Assembly: GCA_964510585.1 (NCBI GenBank)
Contig: CAZECW010000092.1
Coordinates: 1 to 6,563 of the forward strand
DNA length: 6,563 nucleotides
Direction of reading: 5' to 3'
Source of the DNA: an uncultured archaeon
GTDB lineage: Archaea; Asgardarchaeota; Jordiarchaeia; Jordiarchaeales; Jordiarchaeaceae
Part shown: positions 1 through 5,388 of the stretch, piece after piece
Layout: each line of letters opens with the position of its first letter
Position numbering within the stretch: position 1 is the stretch's first letter
Position numbers and translations under genes: made by a program
The notes under the pieces: model-generated
The model's input: only the letters and a program-made list of their open reading frames with translations
Databases searched by the model: none
Told to the model about the DNA's origin: nothing

Positions 1-90
1 TGCTGACAACTCGCCTTGAGAATACATTTCTAATATTTCTTTTAGGAACTTCTTTCTTATTCGTTCAGGAATCGCTGGAGTAACATTCAT
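1..90 (-). CDS. 5' part of a UPF0175-like antitoxin (small HTH protein), truncated by the window edge
   Basis: My translation from ATG at 90-88 is MNVTPAIPERIRKKFLKEILEMYSQGELSA, open to position 1. LEMYSQGELSA resembles the UPF0175 'lY.eG.lS' motif. The ATG overlaps the TAA of the upstream DUF3368-like frame (TAATG). Only 30 codons are visible. Confidence 0.55.
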   Translation of the reverse strand, partial: MNVTPAIPERIRKKFLKEILEMYSQGELSA

Positions 91-611
91 TATTCCCACC
101 TCAACAAATTCTCCTTCACTTTTTCAATTATGTCGTCGCTCATTCGATAACCAGAACTCACTAGATTTTCAATATATTGGATTAATTGCCGTGGAGATAT
201 AATCTTACTTTTAACAGCCTCAACTAACACACCCAAACAGCCTCTTACTTTAAATCCAGAGGACTCCGCCGCATCCCTAATTTCCTCCTCATTTGCCAAA
301 ACAATTGCAGCATTATTTTCCTAGCCAGTTGAATCACTTCGGCATTACTTAAACTCACTTCATATTCCCCCATTATTTCTCTAGTTTTTTTCCCTATCCA
401 TAACCTGTACCACATTTATCAAATCTGATCTTACCGCTTCCGAAGTCTCCAAGGAGCCTGGTAGCCTCCAGCCCTCGATTACAACCTCCCTATAAATTCC
501 TTCAGGGATCATTATCTCTTTGAATTGTTCTTTTAACAGATAAAATCGCCCTATTGCTGATAGATGTATCAAAATCGATGCGTCTGCAACTACTTTCAAA
601 TCACACCCCAT
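90..611 (-). pseudogene. DUF3368-like PIN-type nucleic acid-binding toxin, interrupted by two compensating frameshifts (pseudogene or homopolymer sequencing errors)
   Basis: The N-terminal ORF has KVVADASILIHL and IMIPEGIYREV. The C-terminal ORF has ANEEEIRDAAESSGFKVRGCLGVL and GYRMS. The 81 nt between them hold 4 in-frame stops, but the shifted frame reads TREIMGEYEVSLSNAEVIQLAR, matching the family 'L..gEaEaI.LA.E' segment. The true start may be TTG at 599-597, behind a GGGGTG SD-like sequence. Confidence 0.8.
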
Positions 612-830
612 ATTTAATGAATTTTCCCCATTAATACAGTTTACGATTCACAAAACCGTTGGTGAGAAGCCCAAGTCGCGGTGAGTGTCAACCTTCAAGA
701 AATCTTCATCCAGTTTTCACAAAAATTAGCACGACAACTTTAAATTAGACTTGTTCCCGACTCCTTGAAATCACCGATTACTATCTTTGGTTAGATAGGT
801 AAGATAAACTGTTCGCTTCTTCTTTAACTT

Positions 831-1221
831 ATGTGTCCCAAAAACTTAACCAGCAGGAAACGCCCCACATAGTTCTGGCACCCGCAACATCCACATGCCC
901 CCTGTGCGAAAACGAGCTACGCGTAAGAAAAACCATTATCCGGAAGCCCAAGGGGAAAATCCGCGGTCTCCAAGGTGACGTTAAGGGAGCTCAACTTGCG
1001 CCAACCCCGACTGCAAACTGTACCTCGCAGATGATAAACAGCGAAAAAAAAGTTAAAAAGAAAAATCGGGGAAGAACAGTCAAGAAGGCGAATTTAACGT
1101 TATCAAAGAATGGCAAGGCTTTATGGAGAAGATAAACACTAACTTTTACCAAAGCATTGCTAAGAGAGTTTTAGCGGGGGCTAAGCTGAGCTACCTGCGT
1201 CTTTTCACTCCCCTAACTTAA
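831..1221 (+). pseudogene. Degenerate Zn-ribbon-containing, transposase-like gene fragment
   Basis: The track frame gives TCPLCENELRVRKTIIR...IRGLQGDVK. A shift near 985-996 continues as CANPDCKLY (TGC at 997). After an in-frame TAA at 1054-1056 it reads KEKSGKNSQEGEFNVIKEWQGFMEKINTNFYQSIAKRVLAGAKLSYLRLFTPLT to TAA at 1219-1221. The CxxC...CxxxxC layout resembles N-terminal Zn ribbons of transposases. No DDE core and no convincing terminal repeats are visible. Confidence 0.45.
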
Positions 1222-1280
1222 ACGGGAATCTTTAAGAATTTCTTTATGAGGACAGTCATTGTGGCCTTTTCTTTCATAAA

Positions 1281-1320
1281 TATTTAAATAAATGTTAGTA
1301 ATAATCAGGAGTAGGGTGAT
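1281..1320 (+). promoter_or_regulatory. Putative archaeal TATA box and Shine-Dalgarno site of the pRiA4b ORF-3-like gene
   Basis: TTTAAATA at 1283-1290 lies within the palindrome TATTTAAATA. GGTGAT at 1315-1320 sits just upstream of ATG 1323. Confidence 0.5.
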
Positions 1321-1322
1321 TT

Positions 1323-1916
1323 ATGAAGAAAAAGAATTTCAGCCAAGTGTACCAATTTAAGATCACGTTAAAGGGTAGTAAGCCGCCTATTTGGCGGAGG
1401 ATACAGGTTCCGGAAACCTACACCTTTTGGGACCTACATGTAGCGATTCAGGACGCTATGGGTTGGTCATTTAGCCATCTTCACGAGTTTGAAGCCATTG
1501 ATCCTTTAACCGGCTCTGTGGTGAGTATAGGAACCCCACATAAAGACTATTGGAAAGAGGTTCTCCCGGAATGGAAGGTGAAGATAGCTGACTATTTCTC
1601 TATGAAGAATAGGTCTGTGGATTACGTGTACGATTTCGGTGACAATTGGGTTCATAAGGTGGAATTGGAGAAAATTCTTCCCGCAGAAGAGGGCATTAAT
1701 TATCCAATATGCGTCAAGGGGAAAAGAGCCTGCCCCCCTGAGGACTGTGGCGGAATTTGGGGGTACGAAGAATTATTGGAAATCTTAAAAAATCCCAACC
1801 ATGAAGAATACGAAGAAACATTAGAGTGGCTTGGCAAAGATTTTGACCCAGAGCACTTTGACCCAAAAAAAGTCAAATTTCATAATCCCGACAAACTCCG
1901 AAAAGAAATCGAGTAG
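1323..1916 (+). CDS. Plasmid pRiA4b ORF-3 family protein (MM3350-like / IS1096 passenger TnpR-like)
   Basis: Hallmark motifs YQFKITLKGSKPPIWRRIQVP, DLHVAIQDAMGW..SHLHEF, YVYDFGDNWVHKV and CVKGKRACPPEDCGGIWGY. Intact 197 aa ORF with SD. Confidence 0.95.
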   Translation: MKKKNFSQVYQFKITLKGSKPPIWRRIQVPETYTFWDLHVAIQDAMGWSFSHLHEFEAIDPLTGSVVSIGTPHKDYWKEVLPEWKVKIADYFSMKNRSVDYVYDFGDNWVHKVELEKILPAEEGINYPICVKGKRACPPEDCGGIWGYEELLEILKNPNHEEYEETLEWLGKDFDPEHFDPKKVKFHNPDKLRKEIE

Positions 1917-1919
1917 TAT

Positions 1920-2025
1920 CGAAATAAATAGGGCTTATTTATCGGATCAAAGCAACAATTTCCATCTATGGTTAACATTCAGATATTAAGAAGACGTCTA
2001 GGGTTTATTTCGGTTGCTTTGAGCC
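1920..2025. repeat. Cluster of short inverted and direct repeats downstream of the pRiA4b-like gene
   Basis: GGATCAAAGCAAC (1944-1956) is the reverse complement of GTTGCTTTGAGCC (2013-2025) at 12/13 positions. CGAAATAAA (1920-1928) is the exact reverse complement of TTTATTTCG (2004-2012). Direct repeat TAGGG(C/T)TTATTT at 1929-1940 and 1999-2010. Confidence 0.4.
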
Positions 2026-2081
2026 TTTATTCTCTCTCACCCTACAAGTTTTTTTCCTTAAAACCATTTCAGAATGGGGAC

Positions 2082-2098
2082 TATTTATACCTCTTTTT
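2082..2098 (-). promoter_or_regulatory. Possible BRE-TATA promoter pointing leftward, away from the cas operon
   Basis: The minus strand reads AAAAAGAGG-TATAAATA, a purine-rich BRE-like run followed by a TATA box. No credible downstream protein gene is present. Confidence 0.3.
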
Positions 2099-2260
2099 AT
2101 GGAGGAGTGGGGGAGGGGTGAGTTTTCCGGATGTGAAGTGGAAAAATCTATTGGATGGTCTTGGTGGCTTCCGTCTGGGCTAAATGGGCGGGTTTTGAAG
2201 GTTTTTTGGTTTGGGTTTGTGGGTTTTGTGCTGTTATTTTTGGATTTTAAATGTAAAAAT

Positions 2261-2274
2261 GGAAATATATTTCC
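2261..2274. promoter_or_regulatory. 14-bp perfect palindrome, candidate operator upstream of the adaptation operon
   Basis: GGAAATATATTTCC is its own reverse complement and ends 27 nt upstream of the TTTATAAA box at 2302. Confidence 0.45.
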
Positions 2275-2294
2275 GAAATGTTTATATTTTTCCC

Positions 2295-2310
2295 AATGAA
2301 ATTTATAAAT
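2295..2310 (+). promoter_or_regulatory. Putative BRE/TATA promoter of the DUF2797-like-cas1-cas2-cas4 operon
   Basis: AATGAAA is followed by TTTATAAA (2302-2309), about 30 nt upstream of ATG 2339, which fits archaeal promoter spacing. ATTTATAAAT (2301-2310) is palindromic. Confidence 0.55.
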
Positions 2311-2338
2311 GTAAATTGCGAGAGAGAGTGAAAAAAGG

Positions 2339-3238
2339 ATGATAGCAACAACACAACAAATAGTCATCCCCCACACAAAAGAAATAGCCCCCCAAGAAGA
2401 CATCCAATTCATAGTAAGAGGATACAGTTGGCGCCCCTTCCTAGGATTCTGCCTACCACACATAGACATAATATCACATCTGGGACTAGGAAGCGCACCA
2501 CTCTTTGGGGAACACACACTCCCACTCACAAAAGAAAAATACTGCCTGGAATGCCTAAACCCCACAAGCGGAGACTCCCAGTACTGCGAAGAATGCCAAA
2601 AACTCGTCAAAATACTAAGGCTAGAGTGCATAACGAAGGGGGCTGGGGCACCCTACAACCAGCAATGCAACCCAGAAAAACCACCATGCAATTCACCCTG
2701 GGCAGAACAACTATGCAAGGAGGAACACGTAATATACATAGCAGGCTTCGGAGAACTCTTCAAAGTGGGAGTAACCAGAGCAGAGAGATGGAGCACCCCA
2801 GACGGATACAAGTATCGACTAATAGAGCAGGGAGCAGACTGCGCCGCAGTACTCAGAGGAAACCTAAACCTTGCAACCGCCCAAGAAAAAGAACAAATTA
2901 TAGCTGAAGCCCTAGAGCTAGAAACAAGAGTTGGATTCGAGTACAAAGCAGAAGAATTCGCAAACCCAAAAGGCCCACAAATCAGGGAACTGGAGGAATT
3001 AAGCCGGGAAGCTGCAAAAAGATTCGATTTACGTGAAGTTTGTCTCCTTGACCTAAGCCAGGTTTACGGCTTACCACCCGAATTAAATGTGGATGTGAAC
3101 TTGTGGCAGATTGAAGACATTTTTGGAAAAGTTGTTTATGTTAGGGGGAACATTCTATACCTTCAAGCTAACAGTTTACTCCTGGCCCATGATTTGAGCT
3201 CTGCGAGGGGGAGAGGGATAATCTGTGAGGAGGACTAA
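2339..3238 (+). CDS. DUF2797-like Cys-rich protein with a GIY-YIG/T5orf172-like motif; putative metal-binding nuclease
   Basis: 299 aa. Cys cluster C69xxC72, C83xxC86, C97, C110, C117, C126. It is followed by HVIYIAG (130-136), KVGVT (142-146), RLIEQGA (160-166) and AQEKE (181-185), matching my recollection of the DUF2797 consensus H.VYLA...KVG.T...R..QGA. Codon usage resembles the adjacent cas genes. Confidence 0.75.
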   Translation: MIATTQQIVIPHTKEIAPQEDIQFIVRGYSWRPFLGFCLPHIDIISHLGLGSAPLFGEHTLPLTKEKYCLECLNPTSGDSQYCEECQKLVKILRLECITKGAGAPYNQQCNPEKPPCNSPWAEQLCKEEHVIYIAGFGELFKVGVTRAERWSTPDGYKYRLIEQGADCAAVLRGNLNLATAQEKEQIIAEALELETRVGFEYKAEEFANPKGPQIRELEELSREAAKRFDLREVCLLDLSQVYGLPPELNVDVNLWQIEDIFGKVVYVRGNILYLQANSLLLAHDLSSARGRGIICEED

Positions 3239-3243
3239 AAAAG

Positions 3244-4296
3244 TTGTTACTTGAAATAACCAGTCACGGCTCCTTCATAGGAAAGAAGGGTCAATGTATT
3301 AAAATTACCTGTGGAGGGGAAAAACTCAAAGAGGTCCCAGTTGTTAAACTAACAGAAATAATAGTTTCCGCCTCAACAAGCATATCTTCTGATGCTGTGA
3401 AGCTGCTGGCGGAGAACGGTGTACCAGTACTATTTATGGGTGGAGGAAAACCTGTAGCACTGCTTCACGGATTTTTTATGCATGGCACAGTCCTAACACG
3501 CAGAGAGCAGATAACTGCCTACGGAGATGAGAGGGGAACACATCTTGCCAAGGCATTTGTGGATGCGGGAATGACAAACAAGCACCGCCTCCTCAACTAC
3601 TTTGCAAACAGCAGAAGGCGCACCGACCCAAAAGTGGCAGAGGGTCTGGAAACAGCCACCCAAGAAATAAAAAGAGTCCAAGAAAAACTAGGAGAAATAA
3701 ATGGGCTGATTATGGAAAACCGCTACGAGTTGATGGGCCTTGAGGCTGAAGCCACACGCATCTACTACCAGGCTCTAAGACTAATCCTCCCAGAGGAAAT
3801 AAGGTTCCAGAGGAGGGAAAAAAGGCCACCCAGAGATCCATTTAACGCCGCCCTAAGCCTGGGATACACCATACTAAACAGTAGGGTGCTGGCAGCGGTA
3901 ACCGCTTGTGGATTGGAGCCCTTCGCAGGATTCCTACACGCAGACCGCTCCGGAAAACCATCACTGGTTCTTGACTTATCAGAGGAATTCAGACAGCCAG
4001 TAGTGGATAGAACCGCAATAAGCATGTTCACACAGGGAACACTAACAGCAAAAGATTTTGAACACACGGGCGGAAGGCTACAATTCAGTGAGCAAGCCAA
4101 GAGGAGATATATTGAAGCCATACTCAACAGGCTGGAAAACGAAGGAAAACAGGGGGAGGACAAAACATCCCTGGAAAACATGATATTCCACCAGGCAAGA
4201 GAAATTGCACGTTACCTCCTTGGAAAATCTCAACGCTACACCCCATACACTTTCGAGTGGTGGGGAACAACAGGGGGAGAAAATCAAAGTGAATAA
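3244..4296 (+). CDS. cas1: CRISPR-associated integrase Cas1
   Basis: 350 aa. LMGLEAEATRIYY (catalytic E), RPPRDPFNAALSLGY, GFLH (catalytic H) and LVLDLSEEFR (catalytic acidic residues). TTG start with GAGGAGG at 3227-3233. Confidence 0.98.
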   Translation: MLLEITSHGSFIGKKGQCIKITCGGEKLKEVPVVKLTEIIVSASTSISSDAVKLLAENGVPVLFMGGGKPVALLHGFFMHGTVLTRREQITAYGDERGTHLAKAFVDAGMTNKHRLLNYFANSRRRTDPKVAEGLETATQEIKRVQEKLGEINGLIMENRYELMGLEAEATRIYYQALRLILPEEIRFQRREKRPPRDPFNAALSLGYTILNSRVLAAVTACGLEPFAGFLHADRSGKPSLVLDLSEEFRQPVVDRTAISMFTQGTLTAKDFEHTGGRLQFSEQAKRRYIEAILNRLENEGKQGEDKTSLENMIFHQAREIARYLLGKSQRYTPYTFEWWGTTGGENQSE

Positions 4297-4567
4297 CATT
4301 GTAACATATGATGTGCCTGATGACCGCTTACGGGCAAAAATTGCCTCCCGACTCTTTGAATACGGCCTCAAAAGACTACAGAAAAGTGTATTTATAGGGG
4401 AGATGAGTAGAAACAAGGCCGAAATGCTAGCCCTAGAGTTGGAAGACCTAGTAGGTGGAGAACCCGCAGACATACGCATTTTTCCCGTGTGTGAGAGATG
4501 TTTTGAGGCCCACATTGTTGTGTGTGAACTCCACGATGTGAGTGAGGAAGAGGTGGTTATAACTTGA
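4289..4567 (+). CDS. cas2: CRISPR-associated protein Cas2
   Basis: IVTYDVPDDRLRAKIA, GLKRLQKSVFIG and IRIFPVCERC motifs. The start is reassigned from the track's 4205 to GTG 4289 (92 aa, typical Cas2 length, GGGGGAG upstream, 8-nt overlap with cas1). Confidence 0.95.
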   Translation: MNNIVTYDVPDDRLRAKIASRLFEYGLKRLQKSVFIGEMSRNKAEMLALELEDLVGGEPADIRIFPVCERCFEAHIVVCELHDVSEEEVVIT

Positions 4568-5163
4568 CAGTCTGGGAATGTGTGAGGCCAAGAATCATTT
4601 TTACAGCCGAAGACATAAGGCAATACGGATACTGCAAGCGCAAACCCTACTTCCGCCACGTTTTAAAGGCAAGATTCACACCCTCAGTTAAAATGGTGAG
4701 AGGACAAAAAATACATGAAAAAACCTGCAGAGCCAAAAGCGTCGAAACAGAAGAAAATAGGGGAGTCTCAAGATACTATAACATATATCTTTGCTCCGAA
4801 GCCCTAGGACTAGCAGCCATAATAGACTACTTCGAATACGACGGCGAAAAAATAACACTAGTAGACGTAAAATCCGGTAAGGGAGCCTCAAAAACCCTAT
4901 TTGAAGGATACTACCTACAAATGGCAGCATACGCACTGCTTGTGGAGATATGCCTCGACATACCCGTCAAAAGCGTGCTAATACGGTACGAAGACGACAA
5001 AAAAGAAAAACTGCTGGAAATAGACTTCAAAGCAAAAGCCACAGTAATCCAGATACTAAAAAAGCTAAGAGAAATGGTTGAAAACGAAGTCATACCACCA
5101 CCAACAAACAATCCCAAAAAGTGCACAGACTGCGAAGCATGGAAAATATGCAGGAGAGTTTGA
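4564..5163 (+). CDS. cas4: CRISPR-associated RecB-like exonuclease Cas4
   Basis: 199 aa. DIRQYGYCKRK (first Fe-S Cys), G.KIH, IID, VDVK and QMAAY RecB motifs, and C-terminal KCTDCEAWKIC (three Cys). TTGA overlap with the cas2 stop. Confidence 0.95.
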   Translation: MTVWECVRPRIIFTAEDIRQYGYCKRKPYFRHVLKARFTPSVKMVRGQKIHEKTCRAKSVETEENRGVSRYYNIYLCSEALGLAAIIDYFEYDGEKITLVDVKSGKGASKTLFEGYYLQMAAYALLVEICLDIPVKSVLIRYEDDKKEKLLEIDFKAKATVIQILKKLREMVENEVIPPPTNNPKKCTDCEAWKICRRV

Positions 5164-5189
5164 GAGCTGTTAAGTTTGTGTTTAAATAA

Positions 5190-5204
5190 GAAAAAGTTTA
5201 TAGA
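5190..5204 (+). promoter_or_regulatory. Putative BRE-TATA promoter just downstream of cas4
   Basis: GAAAAAG-TTTATAGA is close to the archaeal consensus. A GAGGTG SD-like sequence follows at 5209-5214. Confidence 0.35.
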
Positions 5205-5354
5205 TAAAGAGGTGGGAATATTTATTTGAATGCGAAATTTGGGAAGATGTTTACTCTTTTCTCCATTTTCGAGATAGTCACATGATTACCAAAAAGGGAA
5301 GATAGGGAAAATTTCTGTAAATAGTTTGCAAAAATTGTAGTGTAAATGTCGGCG

Positions 5355-5369
5355 TTATTAAGCTAATAA
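5355..5369 (+). promoter_or_regulatory. TATA-like box within a short inverted repeat upstream of cas3
   Basis: TTATTA-AGC-TAATAA. TTATTAAG (5355-5362) lies 27-34 nt upstream of ATG 5389. Confidence 0.3.
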
Positions 5370-5388
5370 ATTGATTGAGTGAGAAATT

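Noticed and set aside
611-636. TTAATG/CATTAA inverted repeat upstream of the DUF3368-like gene as an autoregulatory operator
   Set aside because: The arms are 6 bp in AT-rich DNA, which is too weak to distinguish from chance.
753-1230. Possible terminal inverted repeats around the transposase-like relic (TTCCCG at 754-759, CGGGAA at 1223-1228)
   Set aside because: Only 6 bp match exactly, the flanks do not extend and I saw no target-site duplication.
2005-2631. 208 aa minus-strand ORF, plus the short ORFs at 1968-2183 and 2099-2299
   Set aside because: They have no recognisable motifs and low-complexity composition. The long one overlaps the DUF2797-like gene antisense. All are explained by the local base skew.
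2428-2946. Alternative-frame ORFs 2428-2907 (+) and 2653-2946 (-)
   Set aside because: They are shadows of the DUF2797-like gene. A/C-ending codons suppress stop codons in other frames.
4205-4288. N-terminal extension of Cas2 in the ORF track
   Set aside because: It lies inside cas1. GTG 4289 has an SD and gives a canonical Cas2 N-terminus and length.
4858-4872. Cas4 motif III reads VDVK rather than E-x-K
   Set aside because: Asp at this position is a common RecB-family variant and is not evidence of inactivation or novelty.
3493-5126. Antisense ORFs within cas1, cas2 and cas4 (3493-3681, 3765-4181, 4078-4659, 4688-4936, 4911-5126)
   Set aside because: They lie entirely opposite well-supported cas genes and are Ser/Leu/Phe-rich with no motifs.
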